This document shows positions 24,930 to 37,720 of a DNA stretch of 64,000 bases, in pieces. Position numbers and translations under genes: made by a program. How positions within the stretch are numbered: the first letter of the stretch is position 1; each line of letters opens with the position of its first letter. The notes beneath the pieces were generated by a model. The model was given only the letters and a program-made list of their open reading frames with translations, searched no databases and had not been told where the DNA came from. This stretch comes from Octopus sinensis (taxonomy: Eukaryota), in NCBI RefSeq assembly GCF_006345805.1, contig NC_042998.1, positions 71,734,001 to 71,798,000 of the forward strand. Reading direction: 5' to 3'.

Positions 24930-25538
24930 ATGTGGTTGGGTTGAAAAATTCACAGGCTGACTATGAAAGCGTGATGCTTTGAGCTACGAAACCTTCCATG
25001 CATTAATTTCAACATTTATTAGTAATAACTGCATTGTTTCTTTCCGGGTGAACTGATATCTCACTGTTCGAAAAAAAGGTTCAGAAGTAACTAGTAGCAA
25101 CTTCTCTTGAAAATTAACATGATTTGGCATTGTGGTGTTATCAAGTACCTGCAGAAAAAGTGGTTAGACCCCTACAACCTCAAAAAAAGAAAAAAAGGAA
25201 CATGTTTCTTACATATGGAAACGACGCTCACGCTTTACCAAGCGTCCCAAATTGGGCAGCTGAATTTAGGAGGGAAATGGAGGCTTGAAGATGACCCACA
25301 GTCTGGACGTTCTGCAACTGGTACTAACGAGTGAACATGATCAAAACATTGATCGTGTTCACTACATGGTGATGGATAACAATCGATTGATTATAAATCA
25401 AGCGGCCAGTGCTATTAGCATATTCCATGAGTGAGTTGTGAACATTTTGCGCAATGAACTACGCATGACGTAGGTTTCTGGTCGGTGGGTGCCACGTAAT
25501 CTGACAGGTGACCAAAAATGCACTAGGCTTATCACGCA
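24930..25538 (+). mobile_element. Mariner transposon 5' fragment: TIR-like end plus decayed N-terminal transposase
   Basis: TIR-like GTTGGGTTGAAAAATTCACAGGCTGAC. Frameshifted translation IWHCGVIKYLQKK...LEDDPQSGRSAT...NIDRVHYMVMDNNRL...ILRNELRMT*VSGRWVPRNLTGDQK matches the mariner HTH domains and the WVP motif. Confidence 0.8.
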
Positions 25539-26068
25539 TTCACCTTGTTACATAGTGTATTCAGTGATAGATGCCACAGGTCGAATCCTTCCATTAAATA
25601 TGTCCCGAAGAGATTCAGTGTATTCTTAGATACCATAAATTTACATTTCCGCGTCCTGTTTTTAAGTTTTATTTCTGGTGAAATTTCGCCCAAGAATTGA
25701 ACTCGTTCACCTGACACACAGTAGGCTTAGTAGTTTTATTTTTATACAACGGCCGGCCTATCTTATTCTATGTTGCCGAATTTATTATCGATACGTCTGA
25801 TCCGGTATCTAATTGCATTTTGGTCTGAAACCCATTTATTTCTACCAGCACAAATTTTCGGTTTTCTCTGGTATAATTTACTTTTGTTGAGTAGACTTTT
25901 TCTGTTTTACCATTTTATTTGACCGGCATTTCGTCTGTATATGTCCAATTTTACCATACTTAAAACAGGTTTTATCTTTAAAGGGGCAATCTCCACAACC
26001 AAATGTCGATCTCCACAACCATAGCACCGTTTTGAATTTATATTATTCCTTCTTTCTGTACTTTGTTT

Positions 26069-26695
26069 TCACATTTGTACATTATTATTCTTGTCTTTCA
26101 TCTTTGTTGTATCATCTCGAAGGTTTATTATTTGTTGGCATTCCTCAGCTACATTCTGCAAAGTGAGTTTCACATCTTGATTCAACTTTGATAATATTCT
26201 TTTTCTAATTTCCGCGTCTTCCGTTGCCACTAGCCCTTTAACAAATATTAGGCACTTGAACATATCTGGCGTTAGTTCTTCCAGCTTAAACTTTTCGCAA
26301 GCCTTATTAACCATACTGGCATATGTTACAAAATTGTCCGACTCGTTTTCCTTTCGATTTAAACATTCCCATCGAATGTTAAACTGCGAACTTTTCTCGC
26401 TAAAAATATTAGTCAAAATATTTATCGTTTCACCAAAACACAATTCCGCGGGCTTTCTCGGCAAAATAAAGTTACAAAATCTTTCGTGTTCCAGAGTAGC
26501 AAGCTTTAGCAAAAGGAGCCTTACCTTCCTTTCACTAGGCCATCCCTTGCATTTCTCGCGTAATATGTCTTCGTATCGTCTGTAATATACAGCAAAAGTA
26601 GTTCCTTCATCAGGATTGTAGTGAAATTCTTCGATGGAATTTGCAACACCAACTGCTGAAAATGATTCTGTCATATTTCTCGACTGCAGTAACAA
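26069..26695 (-). CDS. gag: Gypsy Gag N-terminal/capsid region (208-aa open frame; element decayed downstream)
   Basis: IEEFHYNPDEGTTFAVYYRRYEDI...KVRLLLLKLATLEHERFCNFILP...KFKLEELTPDMFKCLIFVKGL...IRKRILSKL is typical of K02A2.6-like Gag. Confidence 0.8.
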   Translation of the reverse strand: MLLQSRNMTESFSAVGVANSIEEFHYNPDEGTTFAVYYRRYEDILREKCKGWPSERKVRLLLLKLATLEHERFCNFILPRKPAELCFGETINILTNIFSEKSSQFNIRWECLNRKENESDNFVTYASMVNKACEKFKLEELTPDMFKCLIFVKGLVATEDAEIRKRILSKLNQDVKLTLQNVAEECQQIINLRDDTTKMKDKNNNVQM

Positions 26696-26765
26696 TTCTG
26701 CTGCTGCTGCTCTTGTTGTTTTACAACTGCTTTCATTAACTCTTCCATTTCGGTACTATTCGAAA

Positions 26766-26832
26766 CCTCGTCGCCACTGCTATATCGCAATACTCCACAG
26801 CGGCTGTGTGAGCTACGAAATCCTCGTCGCCA
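26766..26832 (-). promoter_or_regulatory. Two primer-binding sites: TGGCGACGAGGAT (26832-26820) and TGGCGACGAGG (26776-26766)
   Basis: Complementary to the 3' end of eukaryotic tRNA-Ser(GCU), ...AUCCUCGUCGCCA, from my knowledge of that tRNA. Confidence 0.75.
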
Positions 26833-26833
26833 C

Positions 26834-26954
26834 TGTTATGTCGCACGTTCGGATGCCTCTCACTCCACCTACTCTGCTCCGACGTCTAGACTTCTCCCTC
26901 TATATCTACGTATTGGGCTGGCCTACTTCTTCGTCTGAGGGCGTCCACATAACA
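26834..26954 (-). repeat. 121-bp 5' LTR with 8-bp terminal inverted repeat TGTTATGT/ACATAACA
   Basis: TG...CA termini; PBS follows 1 nt downstream on the minus strand. No 3' LTR seen. Confidence 0.8.
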
Positions 26955-28297
26955 CATACACAAAACCACTCAGATGCACACACTCACACAAATATATATG
27001 TATGTATATATGCTGAACTTCATACGATAATATCTACAGAATCAAATATTATGTAAAGCATGAAAATATACCAACATTTACACACGCAGCTACACAAACA
27101 CACACATATTGTCCTTAACCAAATAATATTATGTCATACATACATACAGACACACTTTCATATATGCACATATAAATATATATATATATATATATCGGCA
27201 TATGTGTGTGTGTGCGTGCATATGTGTCTATATGTATATATCTTTTTTTAATGTTTCTTTCTAATGCATCTGTATTACAAATTCTTAATGCATGATTTAT
27301 AAAGGCAACTTTGCAAGATAATGCAAATACATGATCATTTAAATATACCAAGGAAACCACCTTGCAATAATAGAAACGAGAAATATCGAACTTTTTTCCA
27401 TTTAAAATATATTTTCATTCTTTACAATTCAACCAGTGACGTGAACACTATATCTTGAAACCACGTAAAATGCTATTGTTTTCTTATGTAATGCACTATG
27501 TTCTAAGTACATTTTCCTCTTAACATAAAGCAAATGGAATTATTAAAAAAAAAATAAACATATATTGTTTCGCAAGGTAGTTCGTACGATCGCTCACGCC
27601 TCTACTGCAATGAACCGACACTGTCTATTAGTGAAAGTTTCTCTTTCCCCGATCAGTTATAGAATGATCTGCAAAAAGTTATTATTTGTTCTTAACATCG
27701 GCATCAGACTTGCCACCTATGTCCAATTTTCCATTATTCAACACCACATCTCGTATATTCCTATAGAATAAAGTTCATATGAATGATAGCATTCAAATCT
27801 CAATTTATTTCTGCAAGAACGTACTGAATAGCTATAATTATCTATGCTATTATATTTTTTGTTTTATCTCATGCAATGAGATTTTTCACTTGATCTATAA
27901 CGAAAAATGAATCGCAATTTTTTCCTCCTTTAACAAAAGCAGCCATTTGAATGCATTCCGATAGTTATACTAGAAACTAAGGAATATTTCCGATTTCTTT
28001 GGTTACATTGTCATTGATTTGCCGTGGTCGCCAATGATGTAATCGCTTTGGTAAAATAAGCAGGAGACCACATATGCAACGCATATATACACTGTGCATG
28101 TGTAAAAGGTTATTGTTCGTGAAATTAATCGAAGAAAATTCAAATAAGACATTTAGATCTGTATAATTATTCCATGGATGGTTGCTGAAAATGAAAGAAA
28201 AAGTGTGTTGAATCATCATGAAGTATTATGCTCTTGGAGACTGAAAAATAGAATCCTTTAATATGCAGTTGTATGCAAGTATGTATGCATCTGTACA

Positions 28298-28362
<65 letters not shown>

Positions 28363-29039
28363 ATGTGTGTGTGTGTGTGTGTACTTATGTATGAACGAAA
28401 TCAAGCAAATGCACACACACACACAAACACACAAACGCACACATATATATGTATACATCCATATTCCTTGAATATGTTCTCATATTATGGAGAAGGCCAT
28501 AAATTCGATAGCTTCCATTAACTTATTTTACTTTGTCTTAGAGTGTAAAATCTTCAAAATTAGTTCTATTGAATACAGTACACAGAAAATATGTCTAGCA
28601 TATTTCTTTCTGAAAGACTGCTGCGTTAAGCTCATTGTGCATTTCCTATAAATTTAACTCTTGTTATCATCATAATTTTCGCTGAAACATTTCCAAATCA
28701 TGCGCATGTACTGGTCAGCATTGGCCTTTGTAAAAATAATATATAATATTGACTTTGATGCGATACTATTTACAGAATATCTTTTTATACATACAGATAC
28801 GTTGAGACACAAATACACTCCGACACACAGACAGACCCACTGAATGTGCGCGATTGGTGCGCCAGTGTGCTTTAATCAGTAGAAATTACAAAGTACTTCA
28901 CGGACAAAAAAGTTTTCTGTAATGCAGAAACACTCGGAGTTTCCTAAATCCTTATATTCCTAAATATCCTGATTTTTCTACGTCTGGCGAAATTTTAATC
29001 CTCCTCCTCCTCCTCATCATCATCATCATCATCATTTGT

Positions 29040-29573
29040 ATTCTAAAACCTCGCTGGTAACTGTACAAAAAGTAGCGGCTAGAGAGAGGCAAGAAGAAGT
29101 AAAAGTACAAACTTTGGAGAGTGGCGGATTCGGAGACTAAAAAAAAAACCCATGATATTCCCAATCCAAACAGACCAGGTGCTACAGCATATCAGACCGG
29201 ACCTAGTGGTAGTGGACAAGATGCACCCCATATGATAAATAGTTGATGCTGCATGCCACTTGGACCCACGAATACTCAAGAAGGAAGGCGAAAATACAGA
29301 CAGGTACAACCCTTTTAAGGTGAAGATAGTGCCAATTACTATTGTGTCCTTGAGTACAGTATGAGAAGGCAAAACTAGAAATATAAAGGAAATTGGAATA
29401 GAGTGCCCGGTAGATCTGTTAGAAAAGTTTTGCCTCATTGGCACAGTCAGAATAAAGAGGAAAGTATTAGATAGAGGAAAAGAACGAATAACATGGTGCT
29501 GTAGGCTGCAGGTAGTAAACCCGCTATGCATGGAAGGCTCAAGGAGCTCCATCGAAACCCTGTGATAAAAACA

Positions 29574-29575
<2 letters not shown>
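29040..29575 (+). mobile_element. R4/Dong-clade LINE 3' fragment (restriction-like endonuclease, RLE)
   Basis: IFPIQTDQVLQHIRPDLVVVDK...KIVPITIVSL...EKFCLIGTVRIKRKVLD, followed by a 3' UTR and (TAA)n. Confidence 0.75.
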
Positions 29576-29740
<165 letters not shown>

Positions 29741-30090
29741 GATGCACAGGAGAATTGCGAGACAGCTGGATGAAATACTGAACAGTGACTTTCAAGTACT
29801 GCCTGGATTTCCGACCAATATTTGACCTCTAATATGGAAACTGATGACGGGCATCATATCAAACGGCATCTATAAATACCTAGACGAGAACGATCTACTA
29901 CCAGTGGAACAAAAAGGATAAGACTATCCTGGCTGATTGCAACAATAGACATAAAAATCCTGAACCCAATACAAACCTCAGTGACAACGTTGCGAACTAA
30001 ACTCACAGCATACTGAGATAAGCTGGGAGAGGTAAATATCGAAAGAGGAATCTTTCAAGGAAATAGTCTGTCGCCTCTACTATTTGCACG
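29741..30090 (+). mobile_element. R4/Dong-type reverse transcriptase fragment with internal deletions
   Basis: WKLMTGIISNGIYKYLDENDLLPVEQKG and GEVNIERGIFQGNSLSPLLF. Confidence 0.75.
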
Positions 30091-30094
30091 ACAT

Positions 30095-30900
30095 CAATCT
30101 TGCATGGGAATTCCAGTTGCCTAAAAAAGTCCTGAAGTTTCAATGGGACTGACCCCAATGTCCGTTCTCACATTCCATACAGTCTTGCCATTTCCACTTT
30201 TAATTCGGAGTACTTGGTGGTTTTTCAACCTCTTTACTCACAACGTTTATGTCATTTGTTATGGCTACATCAATATTCGGACAGTATTTGTCTCTCTTAT
30301 TCAATATGACAATATCTGGCTGCCGGTGTTCGATTAGACGATGCATCTAAAAATCATAGTCCCAGAGTAGCGTTACTTTTCCATTATCCTGCATAACTTT
30401 ACTTGGTGCATGCTCATACTAGTTCTCTGTTACTTCATATTGGTATTTACGGCATAAGAGCCAATAGAGATGCACACACACTATATCGTGGCGCCGCTTG
30501 TATATGTCTGGCTTATGATTCTCTATCTCATGGTAGCACTGAATCATAAAATCCCACAAGATCTTTGCATTATCCTTTTTGATGATGCCTTTGGGTTTGT
30601 GGTCGCACCAATTTTTTCTCTGTCAAGACCATTTGTATTCAAAGTGTCCAATGCAGAAGCCATGCTATATTGTCGTGGCTTCTCTTAGATTCCTTCTGGG
30701 CTAGTGGCGTACATTGGATGGTAATATGCCATACAGTTTCACCATTTTGTCCACAGATTCTGAACTGAAACTATACACCTTCTCAACGAGGGAACTGACT
30801 TCAGCCTCATCTTTACCAGAAAATTTGAGGTCATCCATGAATAACAAATTGTTGATTTTTGTTGGCGGCTTTTGAATACATACACACCTTTTGCTTTCCT
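30095..30900 (-). mobile_element. Mosaic of R4/Dong RT and RLE fragments
   Basis: KINNLLFMDDLKFSGKDEAEVSSLVEKV; NAKILWDFMIQCYHEIENHKPDI; YKRRHDIVCA...EHAPSKVMQDNGKVTLLWDYDF...EHRQPDIVILNKRDK...IDVAITND. Confidence 0.75.
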
Positions 30901-30989
30901 CAGATTTCTAGTGTCTTTAAACTTCGTCCGTATGCTGTCAGGTCCGTCCTCCAATTCACCATACTTTTTCTCAGAAATCGCTCAACATT

Positions 30990-31165
30990 CGATGCAATAG
31001 CAAATAGGTGCATACATTCCATTATCCAAGAGTGTGGGATCATATCGTACGCCAAGTCGAATACTCTGGATGGTGCTCAAAAAATAAGGGGTGTCACCAT
31101 CGTTCACTGGTAGTGAACAGCTGATACCTTAGTACATCCCAGCTTTAGAAGCTGTGGAAAGACAA

Positions 31166-31203
<38 letters not shown>

Positions 31204-31272
31204 CAACAACAACAACAACAACAACAGCTGATACCTTAGTACATCCCAGCTTTAGAAGCTGTGGAAAGACAA

Positions 31273-31310
<38 letters not shown>
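30990..31310 (+). mobile_element. Probable Dong-like extreme 3' end, with the terminal 55 bp plus microsatellite duplicated
   Basis: SRILWMVL resembles the ARILRxVL C-terminus. AACAGCTGATACC...GGAAAGACAAAA(TAA)n occurs at about 31116 and again at about 31223. Confidence 0.45.
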
Positions 31311-31338
<28 letters not shown>

Positions 31339-31354
31339 GACAACAACGACGACG

Positions 31355-31386
<32 letters not shown>

Positions 31387-31405
31387 AACAATAACAATAA
31401 TAATA

Positions 31406-31461
<56 letters not shown>

Positions 31462-31477
31462 TAACAATAACAATAAC

Positions 31478-31529
<52 letters not shown>

Positions 31530-33140
31530 TATTCCGCAGTGAATAACAAATAAAAGTCCTCAGCAAATAGATATCCGCAGCTAATAACAAACAAAAGTCC
31601 GCAGCCAAGTACAAAACATGATCGACGTGTACGAGCTAGGTCCGACCGAAGTTGGATTAAATCTGTGATCATCGGCAAACGGGATTTTAAGAAACAGCAA
31701 ATATATATGAAATAAAATTGTTTCTTAATGTGAATTATTTCGGGGCGCTGAAATATTTCTCAAATATGAAACAAAGTTGCTGTCAGGAGCGTTGTCACAG
31801 AAAGACAAGCGTGTGAAAATGTAAACTACAGGCGGAGATGCGATATGACAATACAAGAATTGAATCAATATGTGGGAATGCGATGTCACTACCGAGTACA
31901 AATAATAATCGTGTATGCAGTATTAGCTCTACCCAAATAGACATAGATGTAATGTTCATATGATTTACACATGCACCCGTGCATTTCGTACATAAGCAAG
32001 ACAACGAAGAACACACAATGTTTAAACAAATTAAAGGAGACAAATAATAACAATGAATATAAAATATTAAATAGAGAGAAAAAAAACATATGCTCTGGAA
32101 TAAAACTTCAAAAACAAATACTGTCGAATTTTTATCTACGAGCGTGAGGCGCTCAATTTACGAAACAAAAATGGCATACAACCATAGACGATGTTCTGCT
32201 AAAAAGTTAACTCTTTCAACAGGCAGACACCACTCCCAATGTAACTGCCCAAGCGAAAAACAAAACCAAAAGGGAATTATGGGCAGAGGACGACTGCATC
32301 GAAATGCTATATGCATTCTATACTGCAAAACTATACTCAGGAAACACATGGATAATAAGAGAAACATACCAAATATGGAGAAGAAATACTGATAGAAAGG
32401 GACATGTCTCGGAGAATACTCTTTCGAATGTCCGGCGATATATCCTGCGAGAGCGCGGAAGTGAGATTAAGTACAATCCAACAATGGCTCAAAAGCTCTG
32501 GACTAAAAATGCCGAAATGGAACGACACTAATTGTCGCCAATGTCTGACTATAAACAAATATAAAAACACAATAATGAAAACATGCCTGAATACCAAATG
32601 CAGAATATGCAACCAGTACAACGTGACATTTGCCCAGACATTGCCAAGTTAGAATATATAGGCACGACAAAGTAAACAGTTATATCCACGGGGAAATATG
32701 CCAACAATACAACATCAACAATGACAACAGGTATTATTATTATGATACCAATAATAATTGGATAAAAAATCATATGAACAAAAATGTAAAAACTGTACGT
32801 GGATTCGCAACACTACAGACTGTCCCACAAATAGCCGTTCTACGAACAGCCCGAATCCTAAGCAAGATTTTATCAACCCAATAATACAACCTAAACAAAA
32901 CAACCCACGAATACAAGGCACGCGCTATACAGCATTTGCCCAGTGAGCTAAACTCCCATCACCGTCAAGGAAACGAGAGCAGTAAACACCCAACACACAA
33001 TACAAGAAGTAACACAACAAAACACAGCGTCACACCACAAGGAAAAAAGCTAATGGTTCACACACTTCCAATAGCAGAAAAGAAAATACAATGATGCCCA
33101 AACCCCAGCGACAAGGACGTGTGGCAGTTGATGCAGTAGA
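31530..33140 (+). mobile_element. Internally deleted R4/Dong-like element (N-terminal domain joined to the C-terminus, RT absent)
   Basis: KRELWAEDDCIEMLYAFYTAK...RETYQIWRRN...SENTLSNVRRYILRE resembles the R4 N-terminus. LQTVPQIAVLRTARILSKILSTQ* parallels IQKIALLGTAHILRRTLSMQ in the neighbouring copies. Microsatellites on both sides. Confidence 0.55.
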
Positions 33141-33200
33141 AATTTGTTGTTGTTGTTGTTCTGATTATTTTTGTTGTTGTTGTTGTTATTATTATTATTG

Positions 33201-33262
<62 letters not shown>

Positions 33263-33289
33263 GTTATTATTATTATTATTGTTATTATT

Positions 33290-35861
33290 CAGTAGTTTTA
33301 TTTTTATAGCGTGCTTTCAATTCACTACCGAGCGCAGCTCTGTGTGCCTTAGGTATGTGCTGTGATTTGTTGTGATGCTCTGATGGTTATTGCATGGAAA
33401 GTGTTCTGCGTAGGATGTGTGCAGTGCTTAGTAGTGCAATTTTCTGTATGTTATATGTGTTTGTAAGTCCTGGTGTTTTTGTTATGTATTTGTCTGAATA
33501 CTTTTTTATCATGCCTAATGCACCTACTATGATAGGAATTGTTTCTGTTTTTAGATCCCACATTCTGGTTACCTCTATTTCCAGGTCTTTGTATTTTGAA
33601 AGTTTCTCCATTTCTTTAGAGACACATTGTCATCTGCCGGTATTGATACATCGATTAGAAAGCATTTTTTTTCTTCGTGATCTCTGACAACTATATCCGG
33701 TCTGTTAGCCTTAATTTCTCTATCTGTGTGTATCGGCATATCCCAGAGTATGGTTGCTTTCTCGTTTTCTGTGACCTTTCCTGGTGTGTGCCCATAACAT
33801 CTTTTTTCTGTTGTTATTCCATAATGTTGGCATAGCTTCCAGTGTATGAAGTTTCCAACTCTGTCATGCCTGTGAATATATTCCTTCTTAGCCAGGACTG
33901 GGCAGCTAGAGATATGATTTATTGTTTCTTGTCCATCTCCACATATTCTGCAGTTACTTGTTATATTTCTTTTCATTACATGTTTTTTGTAATTTCTGGT
34001 GGGGAGGCTTTGGTCTTGTGCTTCAATTAAAAATCCCTCTGTCTCTGCTTTGAGTCCTGAGCTTCTCAACCATTGCTGGGATTTTTCTTTGTGTATTTCT
34101 TTTGCGTTTAGTTTAGTTCAGTATTTACCATGAAGGGGCTTTTCTTACCATCGTTTTATCATGGTTCGTTGCTGTTCTATTTTTAGTTTGGATTTCATTT
34201 GTTTTATCTCTTTTGTTGTTTCTTCATCATCATCTTCTTCTTCATATTTATTAGGTGGTATGATTTCTTGTTTGTATTTGACAGCTTTCTTAAATACTGA
34301 GAACAGTTTTTTGTTTTGCTCGTGTTTTGCCGCTATTTGTATCAGTTTTCCTTCCTTCTGAAGTAGATATGTTTGCAGTCCTATGGTGGTTACATTATAG
34401 TAGTTTTCCAGCTGTATAAGGCCTCTACCACCTTCTATACGTTGTATATATAGCCTTTCTATGTCAAATTTTGGGTGATGCATCCTAGATCCTGTCATTA
34501 TTTTTCTTGTTTTTCTATCTATTTTGGTCAGTTCATTTAGTGTCCAGTTAAGAATATTGTAGCTGTAACTTATAACTGGGACAGCTAAAGAGTTGATACC
34601 TATTATCTTGTTTTTAGCATTGAGCTCTGTTTTCAGTATTGATCTAACTCGTCTATAATATTCTTTTTTTATTTTCTCTTTCATTTGTGTGTGGTTGTGT
34701 CTTATCTAGTTCATGGATTCCTAAGCATTTGTAAGTTTGGCTTTGGTCTAATTCTTTTATTTCATTGGTTTATCTAGTGTGATGTTGCTGCTCTTAACTA
34801 GTTTTCCTCTTTTCATGGTTACTTTGGCGCATTTTTCTAATCCAAATTTCATATCTATTTCTTTGGTAAATCCATGAACTGTCTTTAATAGTGTTTCCAG
34901 CTGTTTGTCATTTGCAGCGCATAGTTTTAGGTCATCCATATATAAAAGGTGGCTGATCGTTTTGCCGTAACATTTTTATCCGCATCCAGTTCTATTTAGC
35001 ATATCAGATAGAGGTGACAGTGCCAAGCAGAAAAGGAGTGGAGAGAGCGTGTCTCCCTGAAATATTCCTCTTCTAATGAGGATGGCTTTGGTTTTCATGA
35101 GTCCCTCTATTGTTTGGAGCTGTAGCACTGTTTGCTATTTATTCATAGAGTGCCCTATGAATTTTATAATTGTTGGTGCTACTTTGTTAATGGCTGTCTT
35201 CAGTTATGGCTTTATTAATCATTAGTTGAACTTTACAGCCATATGAGCCTTTGCGGCATCCTTTCTGCTCTTCTGGAAACAGGTTGTTTTCGTCCAGGTG
35301 CTTGTTCAACCTTTGCGATATCACTGCAGTAAATGCCTTGTACATTGTAGGGAGACAGGTTATTGGTCTGTAGTTTTCTGGTTTTTCTGTCTCATTTGAT
35401 TTGGGAATTAAGATGGTTTTCCCCTTCGTGGGCCATTCAGGCATTGTCTCTGGCTCTGCTAGTATGTTGTTAAAGTTTTCAGCCAGCTTTTTGTGCATTC
35501 CCGTTAGATATTTCAACCAGAAGTTGGGGATCTTGTCATGCCCAGGTGCCTTCCAGTTGCTTATTCTTTGCAGTGCCTGGGTGACCTCTTCAGTTGTTAT
35601 GGGGGTCCAAAGTTGCTCAGATGCTGAGTTTGTTGTTTTAATACCTCTTTTTTTGGTTGTTCGTTCGCCGACCATATATCTCTCCAGAATTCTTCCACTT
35701 CTTCTGCCGTTGGTGCTGCAGTGATTTCTATTTTATTTTTGCCAAGTTCTTGGTAGAACTTTTTGGGGTTGGAGTTGAACTTTTTGCTTTGTTCAAAGAA
35801 GCGCTGGCGTTTCTCGTACTGGCGGATCGTTTGTGCTTTGGCAAGGATATCTTGCTTCAAC
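33290..35861 (-). mobile_element. R4/Dong LINE copy A, 5'-truncated (2.57 kb), decayed RT, CCHC and RLE
   Basis: NWKAPGHDKIPNFWLK; ENYRPITCLPTMYK; RGIFQGDTLSPLLF; YMDDLKL; CRICGDGQETINHISSC; HRHDRV; ILWDMPIHTDREIKANRPDIVV; SKYKDLEIEVTRMW. RT motif A (DYKKAFD region) is deleted near 35185. (TAA)n at both ends. Confidence 0.92.
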
Positions 35862-35893
<32 letters not shown>

Positions 35894-35896
<3 letters not shown>

Positions 35897-37087
35897 TAGT
35901 TTTATTTTTATAGCGTGCTTTCACTTCACTACCGAGCGCAGCTCTGTGTGCCTTGGGTATGTGCTGTGATTTGTTGTGATGCTCTGATGGTATTGCATGG
36001 AAAGTGTTCTGCGTAGGATGTGTGCAGTGCCTAGTAGTGCAATTTTCTGTATGTTATATGTGTTTGTAAGTCCTGGTGTTTTTGTTATGTATTTGTCTGA
36101 ATATTTTTTTATCATGCCTAATGCACCTACTATGATAGGATTGTTTCTGTTTTCAGGTTCCACATTCTAGTTACCTCTATTTCCAGGTCTTTGTATTTTG
36201 AGAGTTTCTCCATTTCTTTTAGAGACACGTTGTCATCTGCCGGTATTGATACATCAATTAGAAAGCATTTTTTTTCTTTGTGATCTCTGACAACTATATC
36301 TGGTCTGTTGGCCTTAATTTCTCTATCTGTGTGTATCGGCATATCCAGAGTATGGTTGCTTTCTCGTTTTCTGTGACCTTTTCTGGTGTGTGCCTATACC
36401 ATCTTTTTTCTGTTGTTATTCCATAATGTTGGCATAGCTTCCAATGTATGTAGGTTCCAACTCTGTCATGTCTGTGAATATATTCCTTCTTAGCCATGAC
36501 TGGGCAGCTAGAGATAATATGATTTATTGTTCTTGTCCATCTCCACATATTCTGCAGTTACTTGTAATATTTCTTTTCATTACATGTTTTTGGTAATTTC
36601 TGGTGGGGAGGCTTTGGTCTTATGCTGCAATTAAAAATCCCTCTGTTTCTGCTTTGAGTCCTGAGCTTCTCAACCATTGCTGGGATTTTTCTTTGTCTAT
36701 TTCTTTTGCGTTCAGTTTAGTGCAGTATTTACCATGAAGGGGCTTTTCTTACCATCGTTTTATCATGGCTCGTTGCTGTTCTATTTTTAGTTTGGATTTC
36801 ATTTGTTTTATAGCTTTTGTTGTTTCTTCATCATCTTCTTCTTCTTCTTTGTGTTTATTAGGTGGTATGATTTCTTGTTTGTATTTGTCAGCTTCCTTAA
36901 ATACTGAGAACAGTTTTTTGTTTTGCTCGTGTTTTGCTGCTATCTGGATCAGTTTTCCTTCCTTCTGAAGTAGGTATTTTTGCAGTCCTATGGTGGTTAT
37001 TTTATAGTAGTTTTCCAGCTGTATAAGGCCTCTACCACCTTCTATACGTTGTATATATAGTCTTTCTATGTCAGATTTTGGGTGATG

Positions 37088-37090
<3 letters not shown>
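35894..37090 (-). mobile_element. R4/Dong LINE copy B, same family as A, 5'-truncated (1.2 kb)
   Basis: Closely matches 33290-34490 by eye, with the same 3' UTR ending ...AAAACTACTGAA(TAA)n. It begins at MHHPKSDIER right after a long (TAA)n tract. Confidence 0.92.
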
Positions 37091-37181
<91 letters not shown>

Positions 37182-37205
37182 ATTATTATTATATTATTAT
37201 TATTA

Positions 37206-37242
<37 letters not shown>

Positions 37243-37720
37243 TTGCTCGGTATGATGGAATGTGTCATTTTTCCACAACTAGCAGACTAAGCTGCCATGT
37301 TTTACTTAGCATGCTTCAAGAACCCCCCGGAGAACTCTTGCTGTTCCAAGAAATGATGACTTTTGTAGTTGCTCTATCTTTACATTTGTACCAATCATTT
37401 TTAGCTAGGTTTATGGTTGAGTGCTAAAACTTGCAAGCACATCAATTGCTACTGGTATTACGTGCAACCTCTCCATTGTCCACAGCCTGCATATTTCCCT
37501 CTTCAAATCGTTGTAGTTGTACAGTCTTTCTTTAGTTAACGAGTCTCCCATTAACGAATGTTTCACCCTTGTGCATGCGTTCAAAATGATTTCTTAGTCA
37601 ATCCTTAGATGTGCAATATATTTAAACATAAAATCAGCAATGAAGCATTTAGACCGGATGAACTGTTTTCTTATTGGCATCTAATGCCAAACCTTCAAGA
37701 CAAGTTCTGCTTTGGAAATG
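37243..37720 (-). mobile_element. R4/Dong LINE copy C (older family), RLE 3' fragment
   Basis: KERLYNYNDLKREICRLWTMERLHVIPVAI...KIEQLQKSSFLGTARVLRGVLEAC*, with a 3' UTR abutting (TAA)n. Confidence 0.75.

Larger units (their letters stand above)
25539..26954 (-). mobile_element. Ty3/Gypsy LTR retrotransposon (Mag/K02A2.6-like), 3'-truncated: 5' LTR, PBS, gag, aspartic protease
   Basis: Gag ORF 26695-26069; zinc-knuckle remnants CYGCGDRH and DCPFKDKTCFKYGKIGHIQTKC (about 26020-25915); protease motif MQLDTGSDVSII (about 25820-25785); then SGERVQFLGEI...TLNLFG...FDLWHLSLNTLCNKV. Confidence 0.85.
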
